This document shows positions 37,582 through 55,304 of a DNA stretch of 64,000 bases, piece by piece (within the stretch, counting starts at the first letter, position 1; each line of letters opens with the position of its first letter). Source of the stretch: Paraspadella gotoi. Lineage: Eukaryota; Animalia; Chaetognatha. Position numbers and translations under genes: made by a program. The notes below the pieces were generated by a model. The model saw nothing but the letters and a program-made list of their open reading frames with translations. It made no database searches and was not told the origin of the DNA. The DNA is taken from contig CM119268.1 in NCBI GenBank assembly GCA_051294375.1, positions 7,026,861 through 7,090,860 of the forward strand, read 5' to 3'.

Positions 37582-39871
37582 TCAATAGTACCAAAAAGCA
37601 CTCAGCATAGGCAATGCCAAAAAGAAAAGTTCAATGACATTGTGACTATCATCCCGAACGTTTACCAAATCTTTCGTCACTTCTTCAGAAAGTGAAGGAA
37701 TGATTTCCCGCCGTTTGCCAAAGATATTCAGTCGCTTCAACTTAAAAAGGTTAATGTGAATATTTACGAACCTCGGAGACTCTGCCGGCGTTCGAGGTGA
37801 GAGCAAAGAATTCAATTTTTCGTAACTAATCGGGCTTTTGATTTCAGCCTGGTTGTAAAAAGTTGGCATACTACTTTTTGGAGTATGCAATCGTTGTTTA
37901 TCGAGACAAAATAAAATAGTAAAGAACGTAATCGTGATGAAAGTTTTGAAAAAATATCTTAATTTATTTTTCTTAATTAGTATATTTTTTAACGAAAAGC
38001 AGATCCACATTAGCAGAGGTAGGAGCGAGATGCTTAAAAGGATATCGTAAGATGGTTTTATTACATTTTGATAAATGATTTGATTATGATAATACTTTAA
38101 GAGGTGCATTGAATGAAAAGGTTTGGAAAAAATATTGTCATCAACAAATTGCCATGTTTCTACGAGCGCTTTTTGCATCACGAAAAATTCACATATTAAC
38201 CCAATTGTTATCAAACAAATGAACCAAAAAAATCGATTACCCTTGAAACAAACGCGATGGTGTCTTTTAGTACCGTAGCCCTCGAAAAATGAAAGAACCA
38301 TGTGCAACGACATGGATGCATAAGTAAAATTGACAAAACCTGTAAAACTTTTATGTAATAGTTCCTTATAAATGAATAATGAATAAAGATTCGTTCGAAG
38401 GAGGCATTTCTTACTGTTGCACAGAAAGAAACCTTCTTTTTTGCAAGTCATTTCATGACTTATGGCGCTGTAGACGCTTCGTGATGTCATTGATAACGGC
38501 ACCAACGAAGCGATAAGAAACAAAACCAATTTTCCGAATTCTTTTCGCCAGAACAAATGAGCAACGACGTAGACGATTCCCAAACTCAAATCCAAGAACA
38601 ACAAAATCATAATCGTCCTGTGATGCGGAGAAAGAAACTTGTAATTCCCGACGGCGTGATGTTGACCTTTTTCCAGAGGTTCATCCGGATGGAGCGAGCG
38701 ATGATTTTCGCACGAGGCCATCACGTCTTGCGTAATAATTTTCCTCCATCGCCTCTCATCAATCAGTCCCACCATTTCAAAACAGACTCGGGGGAGCCTC
38801 ACTATAAAAAACTCGTTTAAATATCTAGCGTCGAAATAAACTAATTTGGGACTCTGATAGGCCGAAGTTGTCATTTCTCGATTGGCAATGGCAAAAAATT
38901 TCGAACGGACGCTCGCTCGCTGATCTTCGTTAAAAAAAATCGCGACGACGAAGACGTTCCACGAAATCATGAAGAGAAGTTGGGAGAAGGAGACGGACGT
39001 TCTCCGGTCGAGTTTTTCCCCGAATAAACTCGTGAGATAATCTTTCAATTCGATGAGAGTGAAGAGTCTCACGAGCGCCATCAGGGTGAGCAAGGAAAGC
39101 CAGGGCGACCACTTTAACGCCCAAACGTAGACGAGGTAAATGTTAACGGTGACGCCGACGGCGCCTTGAATGACGCCGACGACGCCGCGTGGTCCCGCCA
39201 GCGGATCCCGAGATTGGACGGCGAAAGAGGCGGAGCTGAATGTCGAAAGACCGAAGGAGATAAGCGTCTCGTAGTCATTCATCTCCCAAGCGCAAGTGTG
39301 CAATCTTTCCGTTTGCCATTGGCAGCTGCAAGGTTTCGTGGTTTGGGTCAAAGTCCCATTGGCGTTTAGCTCAAAGACCATGGGCTTTCTGTTTCTGATT
39401 TGTAAACATTGCTCGCTGGTTCCGCTGGTCAGAGTCAGGATCAGCGCTGCGGCTTGAATCAGCATCTGGGGAAACGCTTCAGACACCAAGAGCAAGAAAT
39501 CTAAAGATCTGATGAGTTGGTTCTTTTTCGTTATCATCGACTTTGCAGATTCGTCGAGAATCGATCGACGGTCGTCCAAATAAAGGTCGACCATAAAGAC
39601 GACGTTGCCCAGGCCCGCGATGCAAAACATAATCAACAAGGTCTTCCTGACTCCGTCGAGGAGTCGCGGATACAACGATTTATCTTTGGTCAAACTGCGA
39701 TAAACGCGAGCGGCGGAGACGCAACTGTGCGTTGCCAGGACAAGGCCCATGGCGGCGCCGAGATGGCGTCCAGGTGAAAGTCTTTTCGACAGAAGCGAAT
39801 CGTCGTTCGTACGTCGGTGACGACGTCGGCGACGCTGCGAAGACGACGACGAGGAGTTGAATTTTGTTCAT
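37582..39871 (-). CDS. Intronless XK-related (Xkr/CED-8-like) multi-pass membrane protein. Continuous ORF 37582-39750 (722 aa); the probable true start is at 39871 (about 763 aa) via two 1-nt frameshifts
   Basis: A 2.17-kb stop-free ORF with many hydrophobic segments. DFLLLVSEAFPQMLIQ matches the XK signature E-x-x-P-Q-x-x-[LI]-Q and is followed by LISFGLSTFSSA. Other upstream frames give MNKIQLLVVVFA and VADVVTDVRTTIRF, the latter resembling the XK N-terminal D-x-x-T-D motif. Confidence 0.75.
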
Positions 39872-40038
39872 TTTGGCGGGAAAAAGGAAGGAGTTAAAAA
39901 TGAAAAGGCATAAAGAGTTTTGGATGGAATGAGATGTAGAAAAAGGGAGGAAGGGGGAAGAGAGAGAGAGAGAGAGAGAGAGAAGAGGAAGAGAGAGAGA
40001 GAGATTTAATTAATATTGCAATATTTAGTTTGTTAATG

Positions 40039-40097
<59 letters not shown>

Positions 40098-40934
40098 AGA
40101 GAATTTAATTAAAAATAAAAAGAGCTCAATATTTTATTAGGAGATATTTCCATTTCGCGATATTTTTTTTGGATGTACATACTGAATGTATCAAAGTGGA
40201 AACTAGATGAAATTTGCTTTAGTTTGCAGAAGTTATTCACTGCGCCATTGCCTCGTAAAAAAGATTGACGCGAGAATGATATATTTGTTTTATAACAGTT
40301 TCAAACTATTGGTTTAATCGTTTTCACGTTTAAGCTGATGATCGTTTTCTCGACTGAAATATATGACAAACAACGATATTGTGGATTTCCCTTGTATGCT
40401 TAATAATAAACGTCGTCGCATTTATAAGTTTGTTATTATCTTGTTTATATCGACGGAGATTTCGCACGAGCGACCGAAAAAATCGATAGAATAATCGTCA
40501 TAAAATACAATACGAACGACTTATAAATATAGTAGGTTTATTGGAGAAAAAAAATCAATTATCAGCAATCATCAAAAATGATTGTAGTCACTAGACAACG
40601 ACGAAAAAAACGAAGAAAACGACAACGACGATAACGAAAACGTCAAAAACGATGACGACGACGACGATTAAAACAACAACAACCAAGTCAACGACAACGA
40701 CACCCTCGGCAACAATATGGAAAGTTGCAATCAACAGTCAACATTCAGCTCGCGAATTCTGTCTAGAGAAAGCAAAAAAAAAAAAAAAAGCAGAAAAAAA
40801 AGCGAGAAAAAGTGAGAAAAAAAGCCTTGAAAACTGAGTTAATAAGCTTAATCGGTTGATGGCGTGGAACGACCTTTACCCTTCCTGACCCCGTCACTCT
40901 TTATTATACATGGGTTATGTCTCCGTCGTCGAAC

Positions 40935-41300
40935 GCCATCGTTCGGTCGAGCGTCTTGCGGCGAATTAGTCGCGAGACTTTGCTTTATTGTCATAGTCGT
41001 CATTGTCATCGTCGCCAACGTTCGGTCGAGCGTCTTGCGGCGAATTCATTTCGAGTCTTTGCTTTATTGTCGTCATCATTTGTCATCGTCGTCAGCTTTC
41101 CAACAAGCATCTCGTGGCGAATTCGTTGCAAGTCTTTGATTCGTCATCGTCGTCGTTGTCATCGTTGTCGTCGTCATCATTCGGTCGAGTGTCTTGTGGC
41201 GAATTGGTCGGAGTCTCTGATTCATTGTCGTTGTCGTCATAGTCGCCAGTGTTTGGTCGAGCATCTTGCGACGAATTCATCGCAAGTCTTTGATTCGTAG
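40935..41300. repeat. Tandem repeat of about 78 bp, about 5 diverged copies
   Basis: TTCGGTCGAGCGTCTTGCGGCGAATT recurs at about 40942, 41021, about 41105 (partial), 41180 and 41252, separated by (GTC/ATC)-rich linkers. Confidence 0.8.
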
Positions 41301-43257
41301 TCATTGTCGTCGTCATCCCTGTCGTCGTCATCGTTGTCGTCGTGACGATCGTCGTCTTCGTCGTAATTGTGGTTGAAGTAGGTGACATCATGAATTTTTA
41401 GATTTGTTGCTGAAAGTTGAAGTTTCTTTTGATTTTAATTACGTTGTTAATAGTGTGGAGGACCTGGAGGTGATATTTTATTTAGAAAAACTAAATGACT
41501 GTTCTAATTGTTGACGATTGCGAGATTTAGTCATAGACGTCATTCCGGGAAAAGCTCGAAAAGCAATAATAGAAAGCCGATTCAAATTCTCTTATTAATT
41601 TAACGAATTTCATAACTTATTTCGAAAAGAAGTGATGCCGGCTAACATTAAAGCAATTTATATTGCTTACATTTATGCAATTTACTAAACAAATACGATC
41701 AATCTCCACTATAGATTTAATCATGTTGGCAAATAATGTATTTTCATAAGTATTGTCGTGGTAAATAATCATTCGCCGAACCATTTTTTTCCTCATCATT
41801 GTCGTCTTCTTTCTACAAAAACTGAGAAACTGGAATTTAATTTCGCCGACTTTTCACGTCAGATGGCGATGAACACAGGAAGATACCGAATCGTCTTTTG
41901 TCTTTTCCATTAGCAACTAAGTAGGAATCATTTTCCAGATCAAAAATCGGTATTAGAATTTCTTTCCTGCGGCGCATTTTCAGATCCATCTCTCGGGGGA
42001 CAAATTTACAGCGCCGATCCACTCACAGTGCCAAATTTGCGGCGCTGATCGCCTCCGCGACGCTAATTCTATACACATTTACCAGTCTGCGGCGCCGATC
42101 CGCTCCGCAGCGCGCATCCGTCTCGCGGGGCCAATTTAAGGCGCAACGCCGACGCGCGAGGCGAGTTTCTCTTCCAGAAATTCGTCGTAAAATTTTCTCT
42201 GTGATATTTACGGCGAAAGGGAAACAGGTGCGTCATAAAACGAAGGTCGCGCCGTGGCAGATGGCGGCCGCAGATGTCGACAGATGCCGCTATGTGCAAG
42301 ATGCTGAGTTTTTTGAGAAATCGTCGGAGAAAGAAATTTGCAAGTACGTAATGGTTCCGGATAAACCGATAAACGGATAAAACTGAAAATTACTGTAATT
42401 TCTCGGCATTTTTTATGAATAAAAAAAAACATTTGCAACTTGACGAGATCGAGTTGTTGCCACCATCCACGGCAGATGCTGTTGGAAAGATCGATGCGAG
42501 GTTACGAGTCCAGATGGTTTTGCGGAATCCGTTGCAGATTGAGTCGATTTCGTTGGCCGCGGGAGAAAAGTCGTCGAGAGTATCATAAAAAGCGGAAGGA
42601 GAGATGGAAAGAATGAGGGAAGGATGGGAGGAATGAAAATACATGAAATGAAGGTCAAGGAAAGTTGAGAAAAGAAAGAAAATGAAGCAAGGAAAAAACC
42701 AAGAGGAGGAAAGTAACCTTAGTCTTGGTCTCGGATTAAAGACATTGAATTTTTTTTCAGATCGGTTCATCTTATGTTGTTGCGCCGCAGTGATTTTATT
42801 TTCCCTTTGATCATATGATATGATATAACATGACCTGACATGACTAAAATTCCGTCTTTTATTCCTTATAGTTATAGGATTTCCTGAAGACGGCGATAGC
42901 AGTCACTTAGATTTGAGGTTTTTTCCTGTCTTAACAAATGAACAACCAAGTAAAAGTAAATTATATACGTTTTTCATGTAAGTGGGACCAGACCGATGAA
43001 CAGACATACCGATCGACAGGAAGACCGACCGACCGACCGAATACTCGAGTACTCGCGGCGCAACTAAAATGTAAAATTTGGCTCCTTACGGACGATAGGA
43101 GCGGACGTCGCTGGCAGTTGGAGCTAGATATAAGGGAACCTGATTGGACAGGGGATCAGAATCATTGTTAAACATTCATCTCGCCTTCTTGTTTTATAGT
43201 AACAACCTTTGCGATAAAAGATAACATGAGAAGGCAAGGATTAATCTTTTTCAGGAC

Positions 43258-43296
<39 letters not shown>

Positions 43297-43444
43297 CTGA
43301 GCCTCTCCATTCATGCGTTTAACAAAAAAAGTCTTCATTTTTTCTTCTTCCTTTTTTTCCATTTTTTATGAAGAGTCTTACGAGAGAAGGAAAAAAATAG
43401 AAACGCAAACAAATTATTTCGCGCATCTTAAGTAATCTATTTTC

Positions 43445-43526
<82 letters not shown>

Positions 43527-44688
43527 ATTTTTCGCTGGAATATTTTTTGTTTGCGTCCCCGAGGCAAAATAAGACGCTGGTGGCCGATGACGCCGCCTAG
43601 CGAGGAGGACGCCGCCGCCGCCGCCGCCGCCGCAGCCAACACGGCCGGCCAGGTTTCCTCTTTCCATCTCATGGTCGAAATCCGACAGAAAATAAAAAGT
43701 AAAAAGAAAACGTGAATGTAAAAAAAGAAAAGAATCCCGTTTATTTTTCCCGCCGCGATTATTTTATTTTTTTTAAATACGTAGGAGCCCCCAAAAATGC
43801 TTTTAGGTTTGCTCGTACTTTTTGCCACAGTACACGATTTTTAGTGGGCCTCGTATCTGAGCTAAGCTATTAGAAACCAACCCGTATTTTCCTGCCCCCC
43901 CCCCGCCCCATCGCTCCGTGGCGCTTGTTTTGTACCGGCGTCTATTCAAAGGCGGCGCTCTTTTTTGGCCCCGGCGTCTCCAAGCTAGATTTTCGCCGCC
44001 TCAAATTCGGCGGCGTCCCTCGGCAGATATTAAAAAGACTTCTTTTTCTCGGCGCCGGAAATCGGGTTTTAGACTTTTTCCGTTTTGGCCTCCTTAAAAA
44101 TATTATATATTTTTTTAAGGATCTTTATTGCTTAGTTTTACGGGATAATACGGTAGTAAAATCAGATGTAGTAAAGTAGTAAAAAAGGGTTAAAAAAAAT
44201 GTTGCGGTAAAAAAGTTTTTTTTTGTTTAAGATTTCGTTGCAACTTGAACAACTAAAATGAAAATTGAAATCATTTTCCTCATTCTCATTCAACAAGGTC
44301 TCCAAGTTTATTATCTTTATTTCATATTTTTTTGTACGAGAAGCAGAACCCAAAAGAAAGGAAGATAAAAATAAATTAGAAAAAAATTGTCGCTTCTGGC
44401 GACCAGATTCAGTTTTGGGCCAATTTTTTTCCCTTTTTTTGGTCGGATATTTTTTTTTTCCTTTTCATCTTTTGATGTCGCATCTTAGGGTTGCGGAGTT
44501 TCGCATCTCTTTTATCTTTCTTTTCCACGACGAAGAAAACAAAGAAAAAGAAAAGGAATACTGTGGTTGTAGAAGTGACAGGAAATTTTCTCCCTTGCGT
44601 CTTAACTCCAGCGAAAAAAAAACGGTTATGGACAATTTGGATGGAAAAACTAAGCAACAAAACAATAAACTCGTCTCGTTCCGTTGCA

Positions 44689-44795
<107 letters not shown>

Positions 44796-45640
44796 TGTCA
44801 CCCGCGCGTGGAGCATTCAGAGTAATCATAACTGCCTCGTCTTTTCGTGAAATTAACTTCAGTGGGTCTCACTATATCCTCCGGACTTTCGGATTTCTTC
44901 ACACGCACTTTCGCACCTTTGACTTTTCCTACCAAATTCGCTATTTTTGATAAACCATTGTTTTACATCTCAAATCTTACTATTTGACCCCTCCATGAAT
45001 TTTTGTCCATTTTAAAGTCCATTACCAGTCGCGATTCATATTTTTAGCCGTTCATCTCATAATTTAAACTCTTACTCCAACTATGTTTTCATCCTCTTCA
45101 CTCCAACAAGCAATCGGTTCTTTCTCGAACTCACTTTTCACTTATCCTACCATCCCAGCACTCGTCCCCTTTCATACCCCACCCCTACTCCCACCCCCCC
45201 GCACCCACCACCTTTAAAACCACCTTCTTCAACTTTCCGAGATTGCGTTCCAAAAACTCGCGCGGTTTTCGACGTCAGAAGCGGCGACAATCCAAGCGGA
45301 AAAGGATGTACGAAGAGGGAAAAAGAAAAAAGAGAAAGAAAATAAAGAGAAGAAGAAAGAAGACGAAACTAAAAGAAAGAAAAGAGGAAATCTCTTTCTT
45401 TCTTTCTTTCTTTTTACTTTTCTCTATCTCGAGGTTTTTCACGGTCCAACGAGGTTTTTAACTTTTTCTCGAATCCTCTTTCCTCTGTCGGTTCGCGTTT
45501 CTCGACAGGGTTTTAGTTCGATACGATAATTCTCAGTTTGAATACGTAATGAAATTGTTTTTTTAATTATTGTGTAATTTTTTTAAGTTGTAACGTGTAC
45601 GGAGAAAGGGATATGTTTTTTTTTTTTAAACAATATTTTT

Positions 45641-45802
45641 TTAACAAAGTTTGATTTTATTTTTGCAACGAATTTTATTTTACAAGAGCAGACATGTTTC
45701 GGCTCACAATACGAGCCTTCATCAGCGCATATGAGTTGAGCCGAAACATGTCTGCTCTTGTAAAATAAAATTCGTTGCAAAAATAAAATCAAACTTTGTT
45801 AA
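45641..45802. mobile_element. Perfect 66-bp inverted repeat (45641-45706 / 45737-45802, 30-nt spacer) containing the hammerhead; Penelope-like pseudo-LTR remnant
   Basis: The arms are exact reverse complements when checked base by base. A hammerhead plus an inverted partial copy of the terminal repeat is the known architecture of Penelope-like element ends. Confidence 0.7.
45688..45728 (-). ncRNA. Minimal type I hammerhead ribozyme (Penelope/retrozyme type)
   Basis: The minus strand reads GCG CUGAUGA A GGCUC guauugu GAGCC GAAA C AU GUC UGC. This gives intact CUGAUGA and GAAA core boxes, a 5-bp stem II, a palindromic minimal stem III (ACAUGU), a GUC cleavage triplet and a short stem I (GCG/UGC). 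Confidence 0.8.
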
Positions 45803-46479
45803 TCTCTCAAACAACGAAAAAGAAAGGATAATTACCATGAATACCTAAACAATATTTTTAAAATAGTTTAATTTCCTTTCTTTTTTAGTTTTTAAATGGT
45901 TTTTAGATAGAAAACAAAAGTTTTTAAAATTAGTTATTTTTAACTTTCATAATAAACTGTTTCTCCAAAAACAGAAGCCCTTCTTCACATTCTTCACCAA
46001 ATGTATCCCTAGGAATCTCACGGACCATGGTTCACTGAAAACAAAGATAAAACAAAAAAAAAACAAAACAAAAAACAACAACAAAATATGAAAAAAAAAA
46101 TTTTCCCAACCATTCTTTTTCTCTCTTCGCCGCTTGGATGCTTCGCCCATCGGTGCGTGCCTTTTGTTTTTTCGGAGTTGTTTACTTTTTCCCCTTTTTT
46201 GTTTTTTTTCGTCACGAACATAATTCCTTCTTAAATCTCGTAGTGGTGAATCGAGACTTGGGGGGGGGGAGGAGTGAGTGGGAGGAATAGTCTCAATTTA
46301 CCGATCGGTTCAGGGCGAAAATTCTAAGGATTAAATAAATAGTGAACAAGAAAATAAGGAATGAAAAAAAGAAAACGATAACTTTTTAGATTAAAACACT
46401 ATGATTTGCTTTCCATACGACTTCAATCAAGATTCGAAAATAGCTCAATGTCAAACTTCCTTTAAGAAAATATTCGCCG

Positions 46480-46516
<37 letters not shown>

Positions 46517-46678
46517 AATCTCTTCTCTCTCTCTCCTCTCTTCCCTCTCTTACAACCAACAACGACTTGAGAGGCACATCGCCACGTATCTTAGGCCTCT
46601 TTATGTCGCCAGTAAATTACCTGAATAAATTCTCGAGGGATCAGGTCGTCTCTTTGTAGAGTGAGTGAGTGAGAGAGC

Positions 46679-46724
<46 letters not shown>

Positions 46725-47271
46725 GGGAATCTCAGGGATAAAGATTCAGATAAAAACGGAGAGTCAGAGAGAAAATAAGATAAGAAAAAAATAAACAGTG
46801 AAGGAGAGAGGGAGAAAAAGAAAGAGATAGAGAGAGAGAGAGAAAGAAAGAGAGAGAGAGATTCATTAATTTTCTTCTTAAAGTCACTTCGTCCTTCGAA
46901 GCTTTCTTTTTTTTTTATCTAACCAAGCTTACATAGTACGTGGATAAAGGAAAAAAAGAATACATATAATAACTAAATGTCATAATTAACTTTAAAATAT
47001 CAGTTTTCATAGCAATGAGTATTAGTATGAGAACTCACTTATGACATATTTATAAAACGTTAAGTTAAGCCTTCGCAATTGCTCTGATTAAAAACGAAAA
47101 ATGAATAAATAAAAAACAGACAGAAAGTTTTGCACAAGTTCCGATGCGTTGCAGCATCAAAATGTAAAATTAAAAATAAAAATAGAAATAGCCAAAATTT
47201 ACAGGATCTAAAGAAGGCATGCAAAGTAATACAAAGAAAAACAATACCATAAAAGCAATAGCCGTGATTAA

Positions 47272-47327
<56 letters not shown>

Positions 47328-47742
47328 AGGAAAGTTTTCGTAGACGCAAACAACTGCGAGAAGAATGGACTCTTTCGTTGCTCATTCATTCTCGAAAGAG
47401 AAACTCGGCCTAAGAACGAAAGGGAGCAGTGACAAAACTAAGAAAAAAAAGGGCAACTCAAGGAAAAAAAAAGAGTTTCTTCTGGAAATTGAGTCAATAG
47501 CGAATCGCTATACCGACATATTTCACTAAACCGTTTCAAGATTTTATCATTCAGTTGATTTTTTATTCAAAAGTGCAGTGAAAATTAAATTAAAAAAAAA
47601 TATTTAGAAGGTAAACAAAACATTAATTAAGTTTTATAGATGCAGAATCAATATCGCTCTTCAAAATTGTTTAATCTCTTTTCTAACAGATTCTGTTTTT
47701 TGTCTAGGACTTCATATTTCAAAAGTGTTCGCGCAAAAAGTC

Positions 47743-51261
<3,519 letters not shown>

Positions 51262-51773
51262 GAGAGAGAGAGAGAGAGACGAGACTGAGGGCGAACGGAG
51301 AAGAGAGAGAGAGAGAGAGAAGAGAGAGACGCGTAAGAGAATGGTGACGTCGGCGATCACTTATCACAAATCACATATCTACATCGTAAACGAAAAAAAA
51401 AAAAAAAAACAAATAAAACCATAACAGTAGCTGGAACAACACATGTCAGTTTGGAACTGTCGTGAAACTGTCGTGGAACCCTTTCTCAGAAACAATGCCG
51501 GATTCGACGTAGAATTAATTTCAAAATTTTTGAGCACTAACGTTAAATTAGTAGAAGTAGTCATAATTTTAATGTATCTATTCTCTTGCAATTAAACCTT
51601 TAGAACGTGAAAACTTTATCATGATTTCCTTTCCATTTGAAATTAAACAGTTTAGAATGGTTATTAATTGAGTATACGTTTCAAGGTTTTATTGTTATTA
51701 TGACATGGAGTAAACAGAAGTAAACCCTCCCTCCGAACGATCTTTCACTTTTCGTCTTCTTTTTTTTCGTTTT

Positions 51774-51896
<123 letters not shown>

Positions 51897-52432
51897 TTCT
51901 TTCTCTCCCTCTTTCTCCAACTCCTTTTTCTTTCCAGTAACGCTTTGCTGGATATGCAGATTTTTTGACAAATGTTTCTGATCGCTCGTCAACCATCGCT
52001 TTTTTATTGCTCCTTCATTGCCGCTTTTTAAAACCCATTTAATTACTGCAGCTCGCGAGTTTTGTACTTTTGTACAATGTTTTGTGCAGGGATTTAATTA
52101 AAAGTGCAGTGCAGTGCAGTGCAGGACCGTAGGTTTTTTAATAATTAGATGACTTTTTGCTATTTTCTAATTTAAACCAGTAATGAAGCTTAAACTCCGT
52201 TTAAAATCCCTTCCCTTAGTCACGCCAACAACGCTCCGCCGTCAATGAAAGTTTTTTTCCGACAAAATCTTTTCTCTTTTTTTTTTCTGAACGCAACATC
52301 GAGCACTTTGATGGCATTGCTGTGATTCCATGAACAAGCGCCTTGATTGCGGCGCTTTGAGACTTTAATCTAACGAGAAAAGTTTTTTTGGTTTTTAAAA
52401 ACATTAAATTTTCAAAATATTAAAATAAATAT

Positions 52433-52662
52433 CAAAATGTGATAATTTCAAAATATCAAAATATCAAAATATCAAAATATCAAAATAGTAAAATAGTAAA
52501 ATAGTAAAATATCAAAATATCAAAATATCAAAATATCAAAATATCAAAATATCAAAATATCAAAATATCAAAATATCAAAATATCAAAATATCAAAATAT
52601 CAAAATGTTAAAATGTCAAAATGTCAAAATCGAAAATATTAAAATATCAAAATATCAAAATA
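52433..52662. repeat. 8-bp tandem repeat (CAAAATAT)n
   Basis: More than 20 near-perfect copies. Confidence 0.95.
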
Positions 52663-53577
52663 TTAACATAGAACATCAAGGCGCTAAAAAGCCAGCGACG
52701 TTGTTGCTAATTGGATGTAGGTATTTCGTTCGTAACGCAGGAGACGAGAAATAACAATTAGATTTGTATTATAAAAATCAAAATGAAAAATAAAGTGCAT
52801 GCGAGAGAAGAGAGTTATAGATTTCAAAGATTAAAAAGTTATAACATAACGCGAAGAGATAAAGAATACTCATGCTCTTGCCCTCACTCTCCGACCGATT
52901 GGGAAATAGCTCACTTTGACTGGAGTAGAACTTCGAAGCTCTTGTTCGAATCACCGGCGACATTAACGACTTCACTTTACACTTTTTCCTTCTTTGAAAA
53001 AAAAAACAAAAAAAAAACAAACTATTTTTTCTTTGAAATTTATGCGTCGAAGAAATGAGATTTCTTGACGAGAAAAACGAGATAATTACTGAGAAAAATA
53101 AAGAGTAAAAAAAGATAATTATGACTGAAAGAGAGAAAAAAATAAGAATAGAAAAAAAATCCCGTTGGTATGTTAAAATGGTTGCAACGAATTTTTTCGA
53201 ATGCAGAAATGTGATCTGACAAAAAGGAAACAAAAATCGAAGCAGAAACCAATAAAAAACACAACTGAAAAACTTAAAAAAAAAAAAAAGAGATCAAATA
53301 CGCGCATTTATCTCCTACTTTCCGATCGGAAAAGGAAAGAACAAAAAAAGAAAATAAATAAAAACAATAACAACATAAAGCGCCGTCGACAGGTTAAGTT
53401 TTTTACTTCCGCGGCGGAGATTTAACGGGAGCCGGCGCGTGCGGAATCCGCGAGAGCATAAAGACTTTTTACGAGGAAAAACATTACTACAAAATGTTTC
53501 GCTTTTGTTTTATTTATGATTTTTTTTTCTAGTTGTTGAGGGTGGAACGTTATTCCTTACCTTTTGACCTAGGTGGA

Positions 53578-53615
<38 letters not shown>

Positions 53616-53884
53616 AGAGAGATGAGTTTTGATTCTATCAGTTGTGCCTGTTTTCTTTTTTTTTGCTAATGAGATTCTATGCCGGTAATGATAAAAAAAA
53701 GTCTGGCCGTGATTCGAGAAATAATTACAAAGATGAAAGAAACACGAACGTTATCTCGCTGTCACTGTGCAATCGAGGGGGGGAGAGGGTGAAAAGAGAG
53801 GGAAGGAGAGAGGGAGAGAGAGAAAGGAGGAGAAGGAAGGAGGAGAAAGAGGGAGAGAGAGAGGGAGGGTGAAGAGGTGGGAGA

Positions 53885-53934
<50 letters not shown>

Positions 53935-54265
53935 AGAGAGGAGAGAGAGAAAGTGAGAGTGATTCCGGATCTAGGGCCGGGTATCACCGAGAGTAACGAT
54001 TATCGTGAGAGGCTTGCGAACGCGACGGGGGAGAAATCACGTGCATGCGACGAAGAAAGATAACGTGCACGCGATGGGGGAGAAATCGAGTGCACGCGAT
54101 AGAAGAAGTCACGTGCGCGCGAGAGTGAGATTCGCGTGATGATGGGGGGGGGGNNNNNNNNNNNNNNNNNNNNNNNNNGAGAGAGAGAGAGAGAGAGCAG
54201 AGAAGAGAGAGAGAGAGGCTGAACCAAAGAGTAAACGGAATATAACGGCCATCGCCATACATAAG

Positions 54266-54319
<54 letters not shown>

Positions 54320-54681
54320 CTTCACTCTCTCTCTCTCTTTCTCTCTCCTCTCTCCTCTCCCCTGCATGCTGCGCGTCCAACCAAATCCCACTTGCAAGCT
54401 CCGGATTTTCCTTCAAAAGATTGATGACTTTTGACGAGAATCATTTGTCCCCCCCTTTGCCCGCGTTCGCCCTCACCCTTCCCTCCCAACCCTTAATCCC
54501 TCTTCGCCATTTTTTTTTCGCGGGGTCGAGCTCACTCTGATCACCTAACTCAACTATTCAGGCATACAACTCTTTAGGTTTAAACCCGCCTCTTTAGCTC
54601 AGGTCTTCTTCAGCCACCTCTTCGGCTATGATCTGCTCAATCTACTTACTAATCATCACATCCTCACCTCCTATGATCAAA

Positions 54682-54769
<88 letters not shown>

Positions 54770-55227
54770 ACAAGTATTCATTTTACTTTAAAACGCGTCC
54801 TTTTAGGCTCAGTTGAAGAGAGAAACAAATAGGAAAGTCAAAATCGATTTAATACTTAAGGTAATTTGTAAATAGAGTCAGTGTTGGTGGAGCAGCTTAT
54901 TATCAGTTTCACTCGCCAAATAAAAATGTTAATGTAAGCACCTTATACAAACTGGTTGTTCTAATTCTCAAAACACAACGAAAGGAAAGGATTTGCACCG
55001 GATTTTAATACTTTACAGTTTGAAAAGTTAAACAAAAAAATATCATTTCTTGTCAATGATAAATCACTAAAATTGTTTCGTTTCAGTCTTTTGTTTAAAT
55101 GTTTTTTTTCCTTTTTCCCGTTTTCTATTTGGATTTACGTCCACTAGTGCTGAGTATATTCAGCATCTATGGATATTTTAATGCTCGACAGATATCTAGT
55201 ATCTAAAGAGAAAGAGAGAGAGAGAGA

Positions 55228-55304
<77 letters not shown>

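Noticed and set aside
40652-41391. Thr/Asp/Ser-rich ORFs
   Set aside because: They arise from (GAC/TCG)n and the 78-bp tandem repeat.
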